Shown one piece after another: positions 1 to 10,359 of a DNA stretch of 64,000 nucleotides. The notes under the pieces are model-generated. The model saw nothing but the letters and a program-made list of their open reading frames with translations. It had not been told where the DNA came from and did no database searches. Numbering within the stretch: position 1 is the stretch's first letter; each line of letters starts with the position of its first letter. A program made the position numbers and the translations under genes. The DNA is from Candidatus Latescibacterota bacterium (GTDB lineage: Bacteria; Krumholzibacteriota; Krumholzibacteriia; WVZY01): positions 96,001 through 160,000 of the forward strand of contig CAWBQK010000009.1 in assembly GCA_963791045.1 (NCBI GenBank), written 5' to 3'.

Positions 1-3000
1 GCCCGAACAACAGAACGGACATGATATCGGATTCTGACATTTCGGGGCTGGATACAAGGTTGACCGCCGGTTCCTCGACCGTCCCGCCCATAATGATTTG
101 GATCTCCGTGCCGTCTATTGTCGTCGCGAGAACGACGTCCAGGGACGGGTTGATTTCATCAGCGCCATAAAAAGTAACGGTTCCGCGTTCGAGTTGTAGT
201 GTACGGCCGAGAACAATCAGGCTGCCCCGGGTGGCGCGAAGCTCTCCCGTCACAGTCGGGACCCCCTCCTGCTGTTTTACGGTCAAATTGCCCGACAACT
301 CGAGGTCGAGACCCTTGCCGCGAATCCAGAATCCCGAGGGAATCTTGATCTCAACACTGAGATCCGGATTGATCTTGCTCTTTGGTGAGTCCGGGGCTTC
401 GCGCGACCCGCCGCTGACAAGAGTGGAGTCTTCGCCGCCCAGCGAGTCTGCTTGTGTCCTCAGTAGAATCGCGTCCCCCTCGACGGGATGGAGGTTCTCC
501 GGCAGGTCGGGAACGCGAATCAGGCCGCTTTCGATCACGATCTCACCCTTGATCACAGGGCGAAGGACCGTTCCCTCGACTCGTATATTCGAATTGGCGA
601 TCATTCGCGCTTGTTCCGCAACCCGCACCTCAAATCGATTCGTCCGAAGACTACCGTCCAGGCCGGGATCACGGACGGAGCCGCTTCCACTCAAATTTAT
701 CGTCATGATACCGCCGAGCCCAACATCGATGGGCAGCAACGGATCAAAATCGACGAGTTCTATATCGCTCGAGTTGACACGGAAAGCAACCTCGCCGTCC
801 TCCGGCGTCCTCGCCCCTGGGGGATCGATGGAAATTTCAATTGGGTAAAATCCTTCAATGGAGAGAACGTCGCCATCCTCCCGTGACAGCCGAACCAGTG
901 CCTCGGCGCCCCGCTGGTCGCTCGTCGACCGTTCGCCGGTCGCGCCCACATCCGGGAAATCCGCCGCTGTCGCAAGCGAATCCCGTTGTGCGGAAGTGCC
1001 AAACGCCGCATCGACCGAGAGTCCGTAACGTGAAAACTTTGGCCAGCCCGTAAAGTCGACACCAACAACGGCCCGCCCATAGGGCGAATCCACCGGACCT
1101 CGTATCGCGAGAGTTCCATCGAGCGACACCGTTTCGTCCTCCGGTATTTCCCCTGTTTCTCCAAGCATCCTCATCACTATCGGCATATTGACGATCGCGG
1201 CGTCGATCAACACGTCACCCTTATGGTAGTCGAAAGCAAACGGATACAGCGACAACACGGCGGGAAGCCGGAGATCGCTTTCAACTATTGCGCCGGTTGA
1301 GTCCCCGACCGTCAGCCGAGCGGCAATATGTTCGCTATCCGCGGTGAGAGTGAGATCCATTTCCGGCCGACGCCCATCGACCAGTTCAAATCCAGTCACC
1401 TGCGACGAAACGGTCAGATTGTGTTTCCCCTCTGCGTCAAATTCCAGATACACGTTATCCGGCCACGGCCGCACCCTCGATAACGCGGGCGGTTGCTCTT
1501 CCGGAAAATCGACCGATATCACTCCATCAAGACTCGAACTGTCCGCTGCCAAAAAACCGTCAATGTAAATAAACCCAAGTTCTCCCGTCAAGCCCAGTCC
1601 ATCGACAACGATCCTGTCGGAATCGCGGGGAAGTCGAACTTGAAACGGTCGGTCCGCGTGCAGATCCCTGCCACCGATATCAAACTCGAGCGTGTCGATA
1701 TCGACGGTGATACCGCCGACGGTGTCCACACGCAGCGACTGCCGCAGATTTATGTTTTCCCCTTCGGCGGTCATCGACAAACGGACCGGAACCAGAGTAT
1801 TTGCGCCGCCGATCGACCGGACGGACAGAGTGGTGTGATTAAGTTCCAGATGAGGTGTCGAGATACCCTGGGGCGTTTCGAGGTCCAGCTTGACGCGGGT
1901 CGAGTCGAAATCAAGATCGGCCACGAACGAAGGGATGTCGACCGAGCCCGTACTAACGGCGCCTTCCATCGAAGCGATCACACCAGGAGACTTCAACGGT
2001 CCTTCAACTCGGGCTGACCCATACACGTTGAACTGCGGCAGAGAAGGAACGAATCGACCGGCAAACTCCGAATCGGTAACATTCAGAATGGCCTCGAGAT
2101 CAACCGTCCCGTCGCCGATCGTCCCTTTGGCGCTCAAATTGATTCCCTGCAAAACCAGATTCAAGGTATCGATTTCCACGGCCCCACCCGATCCAGTGAC
2201 GATAATTGCGGAAGAATCGATCCAAGCCGTCCCGCCGAAATCGATCGCAGCGCGATAACCCGTTCCACCGGAATCGGGCCATGTCGACACCGTCAAATCG
2301 CACACGACCGGTCCGAGATCGGCCACACTCGCGGAGTCGGGGAGCAACGGAGCAAGATTCCTTGGCCCCGGGAGCATGAGTTTTCCGGCGGCGGTTATTC
2401 GCGGCCCATCCGCCGCACCGAGTGTTCCTTCGATATCGATCTTGTAAGGCGCGTCGACACTCCATGCCGCGGCCAATGTATCGAGTTTGCCTTCAGTCAG
2501 ACCGAGGCGGCGCGTCAACAGCCGCGGCGGATCCGACCATTCGACCGCGAGTTTGTAGTGTCCGTCGCCATCAAGAACCAGGTCCGTCCACAGCGCCAGT
2601 TCGCCGGCCTCTCCCGACACGCGAACCGGATCTGCCACAACTCGACGGGTTGAGGCGGTGTACGCGACACTCCCGCCATCCGATCCGCGCACGGAGATCT
2701 GCGATCGCTGCACCGGTATGGTTTGGAGGACAATTGGTGAAAGTTTCGCGGCGATTGTTTCGCCCAGGGAGACTTCCGCCCCCAAACCCAGATATGTGTC
2801 CACAGAGTGAATTGTAAAATCGATTCGGCTCGGCCCATCTGATGCGCCGGGATGAATCGCGGTGATATCGAGTTCGTCGAATTCAAACCCGCCGATGTTT
2901 CCATTTCCTCGGACCGCCGCGCTAATGGTCGACGAGTCCGGCGCCCGCGCCGCCTCGACGGTAAGCTGCGCGGACAACGGTTGGGGCGCTTCGACATCCG

Positions 3001-4243
3001 GAGCAAAAAGCGCGAGCCAACTCGACCCACGACAATCGACGATCGTGTATATCCCGACTGAGTCCGGCGCAATCCGTGCGTGTGCGCGAAGGGCCAACTC
3101 GGAGAAGTCGACGTCAAATCGCTGCACATCGAGCGCGCCGTTACGGTAGCCCGCGACAATGTCACCGTGCTCGACCCAGTTGTTCTTTTTCAAAACAATT
3201 GTAATGTCGCCTTGGAATTCCGGGGTGAATTCCGTACGGCCTTTCAAGTCGAGCGAAACACCGTCGAGATCCGGAAGACCTTTGAACTTTGATTCCAAGC
3301 CCGGGATTTTCGCGAGCTCCTGCGTCCCCGGCGTTTTTATTTGACCTTCGAAATCAATCGATTTGACCCGGGCGCCTTCATGAGCCACTTCAGCCAGGAT
3401 ACTCACGCCGATCTGCTCGGGCGGGTTGTAATTCTCTTCGGTTGTGAGAACGAGCGCGATACGATCGGATTCATCGGACGAGAGCGTGAGATGCACGGAA
3501 CCATATGGCGGGAAATGCGCCCTCCCTTTTCCATCGACCCTTCCCCGATCGAGATCGAGAACAAGAGACAGACCATCCACGCTCCACTCGTCGGCGGCCG
3601 CTTTGGCGGTGAGCGTGTCGACCCGCAGTACGGGGCGCCGCCCGTATGACACATCGAGACCTGCCGAAACGACGACTCCCGTGATCGTCAATTCGTCGTC
3701 GACCCGAATCATCGGTGAGGTCACGTACACGCTTTCGACGGCAATCGACGGAACACCGGGGAGCGAACCAACCCTCGGGAATCCGTTCGTGCCGTCTTTT
3801 TTCGGTTCATCGGGCGGGCTGTCTTTATCGCTTTCGAACCGAGCGGTTATGGCGGGGATATCCACGCACACGCCGACGGCGACCAGTTCCTCGACGTGGA
3901 CGTCTTTGTAGACGAGTGGCTTGAGGCGCACGTCGACCTTCACGCGGTCGGCAATCACCAGTGTGTCCCCCGCGTCGGTCCACAGAATATCGGAGAGTTC
4001 GATGGTTCCGAGAGCCGGCCATGACGCCACTCCAATAGAAAAGTCGCCGGGGATCACAGTCCCCACATCCTTGAGCACGCGCGTAAGTACTTTTCCGCGG
4101 AAGGGTGAAAGCAGGAGCACGGCCACGAGCACGACGACAAGCGCCACGGCACCGGCCAGACCGATACCGATCCGTTTGGCGAGGCGTTTGCCCGAAAAAC
4201 GTCGTGTTGTGTTTTCTTCGACCGTCATGTCGTCATCTCTCAT
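1..4243 (-). CDS. tamB: Translocation and assembly module TamB (DUF490 C-terminal region), 3' end beyond the left edge
   Basis: Absent from the ORF track, presumably because there is no stop in the window. Manual translation gives an N-terminal anchor (KRIGIGLAGAVALVVVLVAVLLL) and, in the same frame at the left edge, FWIRGKGLDLELSGNLTV...GRTLQLERGTVTF..INPSLDV...PEMSESDIMSVLLFG, typical of TamB. It lies directly downstream of tamA. Alternative start at 4228. Confidence 0.85.
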   Translation of the reverse strand, partial: MRDDDMTVEENTTRRFSGKRLAKRIGIGLAGAVALVVVLVAVLLLSPFRGKVLTRVLKDVGTVIPGDFSIGVASWPALGTIELSDILWTDAGDTLVIADRVKVDVRLKPLVYKDVHVEELVAVGVCVDIPAITARFESDKDSPPDEPKKDGTNGFPRVGSLPGVPSIAVESVYVTSPMIRVDDELTITGVVVSAGLDVSYGRRPVLRVDTLTAKAAADEWSVDGLSLVLDLDRGRVDGKGRAHFPPYGSVHLTLSSDESDRIALVLTTEENYNPPEQIGVSILAEVAHEGARVKSIDFEGQIKTPGTQELAKIPGLESKFKGLPDLDGVSLDLKGRTEFTPEFQGDITIVLKKNNWVEHGDIVAGYRNGALDVQRFDVDFSELALRAHARIAPDSVGIYTIVDCRGSSWLALFAPDVEAPQPLSAQLTVEAARAPDSSTISAAVRGNGNIGGFEFDELDITAIHPGASDGPSRIDFTIHSVDTYLGLGAEVSLGETIAAKLSPIVLQTIPVQRSQISVRGSDGGSVAYTASTRRVVADPVRVSGEAGELALWTDLVLDGDGHYKLAVEWSDPPRLLTRRLGLTEGKLDTLAAAWSVDAPYKIDIEGTLGAADGPRITAAGKLMLPGPRNLAPLLPDSASVADLGPVVCDLTVSTWPDSGGTGYRAAIDFGGTAWIDSSAIIVTGSGGAVEIDTLNLVLQGINLSAKGTIGDGTVDLEAILNVTDSEFAGRFVPSLPQFNVYGSARVEGPLKSPGVIASMEGAVSTGSVDIPSFVADLDFDSTRVKLDLETPQGISTPHLELNHTTLSVRSIGGANTLVPVRLSMTAEGENINLRQSLRVDTVGGITVDIDTLEFDIGGRDLHADRPFQVRLPRDSDRIVVDGLGLTGELGFIYIDGFLAADSSSLDGVISVDFPEEQPPALSRVRPWPDNVYLEFDAEGKHNLTVSSQVTGFELVDGRRPEMDLTLTADSEHIAARLTVGDSTGAIVESDLRLPAVLSLYPFAFDYHKGDVLIDAAIVNMPIVMRMLGETGEIPEDETVSLDGTLAIRGPVDSPYGRAVVGVDFTGWPKFSRYGLSVDAAFGTSAQRDSLATAADFPDVGATGERSTSDQRGAEALVRLSREDGDVLSIEGFYPIEISIDPPGARTPEDGEVAFRVNSSDIELVDFDPLLPIDVGLGGIMTINLSGSGSVRDPGLDGSLRTNRFEVRVAEQARMIANSNIRVEGTVLRPVIKGEIVIESGLIRVPDLPENLHPVEGDAILLRTQADSLGGEDSTLVSGGSREAPDSPKSKINPDLSVEIKIPSGFWIRGKGLDLELSGNLTVKQQEGVPTVTGELRATRGSLIVLGRTLQLERGTVTFYGADEINPSLDVVLATTIDGTEIQIIMGGTVEEPAVNLVSSPEMSESDIMSVLLFG

Positions 4244-4262
4244 AGAACTCTCTTAGCATCGA

Positions 4263-6089
4263 TCAAAAAGCCGGCCCGATCGAAAAATGAAAAACCCAGC
4301 GCGGCTGCGTTGTTTCATGATAGGTCAATCGATACGCGAGATCCACACGGAGTGGGCCGATAAGCGTGTTGACCCACAGACCCTGGCCGACCGCCACCTC
4401 AACATTGTCGACGGTCACGTCGTCGAAAGTTGGCCAAACCTGCCCGGCGTCGACAAAGGTGGTGCCCCTGAATCTCCAGAAAAGCGGATATCGCAGTTCG
4501 GCGGAGGTCTCAAACAACGCCTCCCCACCCAGCGGAGCTCCCTCTGAGTCGAGCGGACCTAGTTTTCGGCGCTTGAATCCGCGCATCGACACGGCGCCAC
4601 CCGAATAAAACTTTTTGCTCGGGAGAAGTTCCGTCGATTCGCCGGTGGGTTCCGCCCCACCGACCGTTAACCGCACGGCGAGAACCGTCTCCTGAGTCCG
4701 AGGCACCCCCATGTATGCCGAGAAGGCCGGTTCGATCTTCCAATAATGATAATCGGTGATTCCGTACTTCGGTCCCCACTCAGCTCTTACCCGCGTATAC
4801 GTTCCACGTGTCGGCACAATCGGGTCGTTGCTGCGATCCTCTTCAATCGTAAAACTCCACGCCGCCAGGAATCCGTCCTGTTCGAGATCGGTTATCACCT
4901 CGTCCGATTTTTCGATAACATCAACGTTGGACAATATCAAACCGAGTAGGACACGGCTTCGAAGAGAAAAGTTGTAGCTTAGCGTGAGGTCGCCACCGAT
5001 GTCGCGCTGTGTGTAGCTCTCTTCGGTTTCTCGCTTGGCCCCGATCAACGCCGACAATCGGCTTCTCGCGACGATTATCGCGGGCCACCAGGCGGTAAAA
5101 TCGATTCTCTGCCGGACGGACGAAGCCGCCGCGGTGGCGGCCCCGCCGCGAGCCCGCTTGAACAAATTTCTGTGCGTCCACCGGACGCCGCCATCGAGTT
5201 TCTCCTCCGACCAGTAACGGACACCGGCTTCGATTCTGTGGGGTTCGCGCATTGTGAGATTGGCAATCACTTCGAGCGTATCGGGCGCAACCTCTTCGAA
5301 ATCAAAACGAACCTGACGGAACACGCCAAGGACCTGTAGATTTTTCTGTGATTCGGAGAGCAGTTTTGGCTCGTACCGTTTGCCGTCTTTCGCCGAGATT
5401 GATTTTTCCGCAACCGGCACCAAGTCCGCATCGACGCCTTGTACGACAACATTCCCGAAGTAGACAACCGGCCCGGGCGCGGCGGCAAAAAACACGTCGA
5501 CACTTGTCGAGTCCACAGTTTCAACTCTGGATTTAACGTCAGCATGGGCATAACCGTTTTTGAAAAGCAGAAGAAGCAGGGATTCGACTGTCGTCTGGAT
5601 AGTCTTGTCCGCAAACACCGCGCCGGGAGCGGCGACTGTGACTTCATTCGCCTTTTCCTGCAAATCGACCGGGATGCCGGCAACCGAGACGGATCCGACA
5701 AGAACCGGGGCGCCCATTTCGATTTCAAATATGACAGTTAATTTTTGTGCGTCGGCCTCGGCATCGAATCGAACGCCGACACGGGCATTGGGGTATCCGC
5801 GTCTGGCGAGAAAAAGCCGCGCACGGCTGAGATCATCCTCGAGTGTCTGGGGAAAGAACAGGGGGCGTTTGGTGCCGAGGAAACCCGTCTTTAAGGCAAG
5901 GGCAAGACCGTCTTCGAGTTCGACCGTCATTTCCTCTTCGAGGCCCTCTACAACAACATCAGAAACGGTCCAGCCCTTGTACACCGACACGTCCCACGTG
6001 TCCTCCGCGCGCACGGAGCCGGAGTACAACGCGGCCAACAAGATCACAGCACAAACAACGAATAATCTGGTTCGCCTCATGTGTGTCAT
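4263..6089 (-). CDS. tamA: TamA/BamA-family (Omp85) outer membrane protein with POTRA domains
   Basis: 608 aa; signal peptide, POTRA-like segments, FYSGGAVSMRGF..LGP loop motif, C-terminal FHFSIGPAF; adjacent to tamB. Confidence 0.85.
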   Translation of the reverse strand: MTHMRRTRLFVVCAVILLAALYSGSVRAEDTWDVSVYKGWTVSDVVVEGLEEEMTVELEDGLALALKTGFLGTKRPLFFPQTLEDDLSRARLFLARRGYPNARVGVRFDAEADAQKLTVIFEIEMGAPVLVGSVSVAGIPVDLQEKANEVTVAAPGAVFADKTIQTTVESLLLLLFKNGYAHADVKSRVETVDSTSVDVFFAAAPGPVVYFGNVVVQGVDADLVPVAEKSISAKDGKRYEPKLLSESQKNLQVLGVFRQVRFDFEEVAPDTLEVIANLTMREPHRIEAGVRYWSEEKLDGGVRWTHRNLFKRARGGAATAAASSVRQRIDFTAWWPAIIVARSRLSALIGAKRETEESYTQRDIGGDLTLSYNFSLRSRVLLGLILSNVDVIEKSDEVITDLEQDGFLAAWSFTIEEDRSNDPIVPTRGTYTRVRAEWGPKYGITDYHYWKIEPAFSAYMGVPRTQETVLAVRLTVGGAEPTGESTELLPSKKFYSGGAVSMRGFKRRKLGPLDSEGAPLGGEALFETSAELRYPLFWRFRGTTFVDAGQVWPTFDDVTVDNVEVAVGQGLWVNTLIGPLRVDLAYRLTYHETTQPRWVFHFSIGPAF

Positions 6090-6165
6090 GGATAAAAAGG
6101 TGCTCTGCCGTCAACCGGCAGTAGTTGCGAACGAGTGATATACGGGACTGCACGATTTGACGAGA

Positions 6166-6828
6166 TCAAAACATAAAAATCAGACCGGCCGAGACACTCG
6201 CCTGTGCGATGCCCGTCCCGCCGAACGCGGTGTAACAACCGTAGCCGCCGCAGGAGATAACCGCGCTGCCGCTCGTTATGACCCATGGGAGCATTCCCTG
6301 AACACGCAACCCGATTCTTTCAGTGACATATAGTTTCGCACCCAATCCAAACATTATCGAGAACTTCCACTCGTCGCTTCCGCCCACGAACTTGGGTATG
6401 AACCGGGTCCCTCCCAGAGTCATCAGTCCGAACACCGTGGTTTTCCCGTTCTGGGTTCCTCCGAGCGCACCGACCTGCCAGAACTCGACGGCAAAATCCC
6501 CAACGGTCTGCTTGGCGCCGCCAGTCGGCTGGTAGATGAGTTCGGTATCCTGCCGCTGGTACAGGAGAACAGCCTGCCCGCCCGGGGTGACATTAATGTC
6601 GACCTCTATCCCCCACATCGAGCCGCTCGTGATGTCCAGTTTGCCGAATTCTTCCTCTATCTGGACATCGGCGCTTTGGCTCCACAAATATCCGCCATAC
6701 GGAGAAATCTCGATCTTGTGCGGCTGCGTTCGGGCGTCCCAACCGGAAGAACCAATGCTCTGCGCCCAGGTCGACGGCGTAAAGACCAATAACAGCACGA
6801 CCAAGAGACAAACAGATTTGACCTTCAC
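6166..6828 (-). CDS. Outer membrane beta-barrel protein (OmpA/OmpW-like small barrel)
   Basis: In-frame GTG at 6828 with GGGGAG RBS; signal peptide ending TWAQ; amphipathic strands (IEISPYGGY, FGLGAKLY); C-terminal Phe. Confidence 0.7.
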   Translation of the reverse strand: MKVKSVCLLVVLLLVFTPSTWAQSIGSSGWDARTQPHKIEISPYGGYLWSQSADVQIEEEFGKLDITSGSMWGIEVDINVTPGGQAVLLYQRQDTELIYQPTGGAKQTVGDFAVEFWQVGALGGTQNGKTTVFGLMTLGGTRFIPKFVGGSDEWKFSIMFGLGAKLYVTERIGLRVQGMLPWVITSGSAVISCGGYGCYTAFGGTGIAQASVSAGLIFMF

Positions 6829-6987
6829 CCGATACTCCCCGTTTTGGTTTGTCCGCCCATAAACGGCGAGACCGGCCTTATATGTCAGACCGGTCCGCCT
6901 CGAAATCGTCATCCGGTTTTGCGCCGCCCCAAATCTTATCGGGCGCGGCCGCGTCAACACCGGGGCTCTGTTTAACAAATGCCGGCG

Positions 6988-7596
6988 CTACCACCCCTGG
7001 TATGCCAGACCGACACTCACCGTCCAGTAGTTCAGATCGAGTTTGTCACCCTGGACTGATTCTCCGGCCTCGTAAGCCCAATTGTATTTTCCACTGACGT
7101 AGAGATCAGCTTCGGAGAGCGGAATTTGAAGCCCGATCTCCGGGCAGGCGCCAAAGTTCCAGTTGCTTTCCTCCACGGAGTGAACACCAATTTCGAACCT
7201 CTGGATGATGTAATACGTTCCCACACCACCGCCGACAAACATCCACACTGAGTTTTTGTTTCCAAAATACAAGTGGCCGGTGAGCATTATCGGGAACGAG
7301 TTGACGTACCTGTTCTGATAGCCGGTCAACGTGGAGCCTTCAAGTTCGATGGTTCCATCGGTGGTCTTGTTGAAAACGTGCCAGGCGAGCGACAACCCTC
7401 CGGTGAAAGACGAGCCTCCCTTGAACCATCGGCCGTCGAACCCGATGCCGCGGAAGCTCGTTTTGTCGATATAGTTTTCAAGATTCGCGTCGGGCACGGA
7501 CATCTGATATGACAAAACCGTAATCTTGGTCTGTCCAAACGCGTTGGCCGCAACCAGCAGGACGAGCAGTGTGGCAATTATATATTTCATGTTCAA
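6988..7596 (-). CDS. Outer membrane beta-barrel protein (OmpW-like)
   Basis: 202 aa; signal peptide, alternating aromatic strands (FVGGGVGTYY, WNFGACPEIG), aromatic C-terminus. Confidence 0.7.
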   Translation of the reverse strand: MNMKYIIATLLVLLVAANAFGQTKITVLSYQMSVPDANLENYIDKTSFRGIGFDGRWFKGGSSFTGGLSLAWHVFNKTTDGTIELEGSTLTGYQNRYVNSFPIMLTGHLYFGNKNSVWMFVGGGVGTYYIIQRFEIGVHSVEESNWNFGACPEIGLQIPLSEADLYVSGKYNWAYEAGESVQGDKLDLNYWTVSVGLAYQGW

Positions 7597-7622
7597 TATC
7601 CCGTGTTAGAGTGGACGGTGTT

Positions 7623-8294
7623 TTATTGGCCTCTTGATTCCAAATACGGCGATTGAAAAAACAACTGGTTGATCGAGTCGGTCAACCGCTGCTCTTTACT
7701 CGATTTGGAGTCATCCAGAATACCGTTGATCGTGCCCTGCCAGAGCACTTCCACATCGAATTCACCGTCCGGTCTCTCCTCTATCGTCTCGGGATCGAAC
7801 ATGTCCACAAGAAGCGTTCCCGTCGTGTAGGCGTATCCTCCTGAAACCGGCGGATAGTAGGGATACCAACAACATCCCCATCCCCATCCGGGGTATCCGG
7901 GATAGTAGCTGTACACCTGCCAGTACTCGACGGCAGTCGCGCGGACTATCACGCCTACCTGCGGCGGCGTTGGGTTTGACTCGGGAACAAGCTCATAACC
8001 ATATGCATCAAAATTCGCCTTGATGAGCGCGAGGGTTTCATTGTCAAATTCGCGTGAAAGCGGACTCTCCTCACCTTCCGCCACGATGTGGTAAATCGAG
8101 TCGGGCATCGCGTAGGTATTGAGTGCTCCATAATCGAATTCCGTATCGTATCGTGTGACAACGACATCCGACTGCTGCGCACTGATTCCCGAGTCCGGTG
8201 TACAGGATGTCAGGTTTAAAGATGCCAGCGCCGCGAGGATAACAAGCGCCGACAAAAGCGCCGGGTGCATCCTCGTTCTGGGTATTTTCGACAT
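7623..8294 (-). CDS. DUF4136 family lipoprotein (divergent copy 1)
   Basis: ATG 8294 with AGGAGG RBS; lipobox LTSC; YTTGTLLVDMFD...VLWQG, LFFQSP; Gly/Trp/Tyr-rich loop. Confidence 0.75.
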   Translation of the reverse strand: MSKIPRTRMHPALLSALVILAALASLNLTSCTPDSGISAQQSDVVVTRYDTEFDYGALNTYAMPDSIYHIVAEGEESPLSREFDNETLALIKANFDAYGYELVPESNPTPPQVGVIVRATAVEYWQVYSYYPGYPGWGWGCCWYPYYPPVSGGYAYTTGTLLVDMFDPETIEERPDGEFDVEVLWQGTINGILDDSKSSKEQRLTDSINQLFFQSPYLESRGQ

Positions 8295-8404
8295 TAATGA
8301 ATCCTCCTGAAGTGGAGCGTCGCAACCGGCCGGTCGCCAAGTTCCACGCTCGGTTAGACGCGCTTGTTCAAGGGTGTATTTATCCGAGTTGAAATACCTG
8401 TAAA

Positions 8405-8432
8405 ATATTACACGAATTGAGGATGGAGTCAA
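8405..8432 (-). promoter_or_regulatory. Putative sigma70 promoter for the DUF4136/OMP genes
   Basis: TTGACT-N16-TAATAT on the minus strand, about 110 nt upstream of ATG 8294. Confidence 0.4.
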
Positions 8433-8497
8433 GCCGATCGCAGCCCGTTGTCACGGACGCCCCCATCCGCGGCTATTCCAATCCGACGGAATTCCCC

Positions 8498-8525
8498 AAA
8501 AACCAGCGGGGCCGTCTGGCCCCGC
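8498..8525 (-). terminator. Putative intrinsic terminator
   Basis: GCGGGGCC-gtct-GGCCCCGC hairpin (8506-8525) with a minus-strand T run at 8498-8502, just after the stop at 8554. Confidence 0.5.
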
Positions 8526-8553
8526 AGTTTCTGCAAAATCTTAACGCTCTAAT

Positions 8554-9105
8554 TTACTTTATATTAGGCGGATACGCCGCGAATACCTTTTGAACCACCG
8601 CCTGCAGGTTCTTTTCCTGCTGCTCGGGTGTCGGATTCGAAGCGAGCGCTGCGGTCGCCGAGCCGCGCCAGACGAGCTGCTTGGTTTTGTAGTCGATCAA
8701 GTCGAAGATCAACGTGCCTTCGTCGTAAGTCGTCACATCAACATTTCCGCCACCCCAGCCGCCGTAATAACGCGGGTACGAATAACCCCAATCGGTGACG
8801 TTGACCACCTGATCGATTCCCGTGTGATATGCGATGAGAAGATCCGGATTTTCGGTGTCGATCGTCATTCCCCTGCCTTCGAGCTCGGCATTGACGGCGG
8901 TGCGGATTCGCTTGTCGAGCAGTGTATTGGTCTGCATCGCCTGTTTCGCATCACCAACGGCCGTGGTCTGCTGCGGGACCCACGCGAATGAACTGTACGT
9001 GGAGAAATCCGCATCCCTGTCGTAATCGTGATTCACCGACACCGACGAGCAGCCGATCGAGACGGCGGCAAATACCATTAGCATTAGCAGACTAATTGAT
9101 TTCAA
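8554..9105 (-). CDS. DUF4136 family lipoprotein (copy 2)
   Basis: TTG 9105 with GGGAGG RBS; lipobox SIGC; DYDRDADFSTYSSFAW, PDLLIAYH, YDEGTLIFDLID..LVWRG, YPP. Confidence 0.9.
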   Translation of the reverse strand: MKSISLLMLMVFAAVSIGCSSVSVNHDYDRDADFSTYSSFAWVPQQTTAVGDAKQAMQTNTLLDKRIRTAVNAELEGRGMTIDTENPDLLIAYHTGIDQVVNVTDWGYSYPRYYGGWGGGNVDVTTYDEGTLIFDLIDYKTKQLVWRGSATAALASNPTPEQQEKNLQAVVQKVFAAYPPNIK

Positions 9106-9206
9106 AACAAACCTCCCGATGGTCACTAAATTTTCTTTAAAGTGGAAATTTGACAACTATTTCTTGCCCAAATAGTAACACCTGCCCAAAGCGGTCGCAA
9201 ATCAAT

Positions 9207-9752
9207 TCAATTAGCCGGCGGATAGGCGGCGAGGATTTTCGCCACCGCGTCGGGGATTCGCTGGTCGAGCTGCTCGGGGGTTGGTTTGTCGTCGATGGTC
9301 TTTGTCGCGGACGCCCGCCATACCAGCTGCATGGTCTTGGCGTCGATCATGTCGATGATCAAAGTCCCCTCGTGGTATTGATATGCCTGGATGTCACGCT
9401 GATAACCGTAATAGTGTCCGCTGTACCGATATCCCCAGTCGGCCACATCGACTTTGTCTTCCACGCCGACATGGTAGGTCAGCAGGATATCGGGATTCAC
9501 CTGGTCTCGCACGAGCCCTTTGGCGTTGAGTTCCGACTCCGCGGCGCGCCTGAGCCTTGCGCTGAACAACTGATTCTGATTCATGGCCCTCACGACGTCT
9601 GCGGGGATATTGGGACGATTGTCCAACCAGTCGTACGTCTTGTACGTTCTGAAATCGGCGTCCTTGTCATAGTCGTTGCTAATCTTCAACGACGAACACC
9701 CGGACCCGAGCGCAATCAAGAATGCGACGGCGCAGAGTATGAACTTCCGCAT
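9207..9752 (-). CDS. DUF4136 family lipoprotein (copy 3)
   Basis: ATG 9752; lipobox GSGC; DYDKDADFRTYKTYDW, YHEGTLIIDMID..LVWRA, YPP. Confidence 0.9.
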   Translation of the reverse strand: MRKFILCAVAFLIALGSGCSSLKISNDYDKDADFRTYKTYDWLDNRPNIPADVVRAMNQNQLFSARLRRAAESELNAKGLVRDQVNPDILLTYHVGVEDKVDVADWGYRYSGHYYGYQRDIQAYQYHEGTLIIDMIDAKTMQLVWRASATKTIDDKPTPEQLDQRIPDAVAKILAAYPPAN

Positions 9753-9840
9753 CACGGTCCCCTTTCGGACTGGCAAGTGTCTGAGTAAATCTTGAAACGC
9801 CTTTTGCAGCGCCGTCACCGGCGCTGCGAACGGTGACACA

Positions 9841-10308
9841 TTACTCGACGAAAGGAATCTCGTCCGCGATCTGGACGCGAATCAGAAGATTGATCAAGTT
9901 CTCGAGTTGATAAAACTTAACCACTTTTGTGCTCGGTAGAACCCAAGTGAATTTTCTCAGATACTCTTTCTTGAGGTAGGCTTCTTTTAGATCAAGCTCA
10001 ATCGATTTCTTCATCATGTCGTAGGCCATGTCTCCGGTGACGTCAAAATAATTCTCGGCATACTCCGTAATGATCGCGAGCCGCGCGTCGTTAATTTTAC
10101 GAAGATCCTTCTCGTATTTCCTGTACACCGGCCAGAATTTCGACGCCTCTTCGTCGGTGAACTGCATTTCTTCGGCGATGAGCGCGATTCGCTCTGCCCG
10201 AAGGTCCGAGCGGTACATCTCGATAACCGCATCCTGCGCATATACGGCCGAGGTCGAAAATACAACAAGTAAAAGGCTTACGAGCAAAATCGCCTTTTTC
10301 ATCATCAA
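9841..10308 (-). CDS. Exported helical hypothetical protein (Spy/CpxP-like)
   Basis: Signal peptide (AVYAQ); conserved-looking helical motif FTDEEASKFWPVYRKYE. Confidence 0.65.
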   Translation of the reverse strand: MMMKKAILLVSLLLVVFSTSAVYAQDAVIEMYRSDLRAERIALIAEEMQFTDEEASKFWPVYRKYEKDLRKINDARLAIITEYAENYFDVTGDMAYDMMKKSIELDLKEAYLKKEYLRKFTWVLPSTKVVKFYQLENLINLLIRVQIADEIPFVE

Positions 10309-10359
10309 ACCCCCAATTCCTTGAAAACGTTGAGTGTGGTTCCTGCCACTGCCCTGGCA

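Noticed and set aside
231-4256. Series of plus-strand ORFs in the track, suggesting a fragmented region
   Set aside because: Seven of them (231, 1344, 1890, 2862, 3159, 3444, 3921) share one frame and are antisense shadows of tamB, whose two ends are in the same minus-strand frame.
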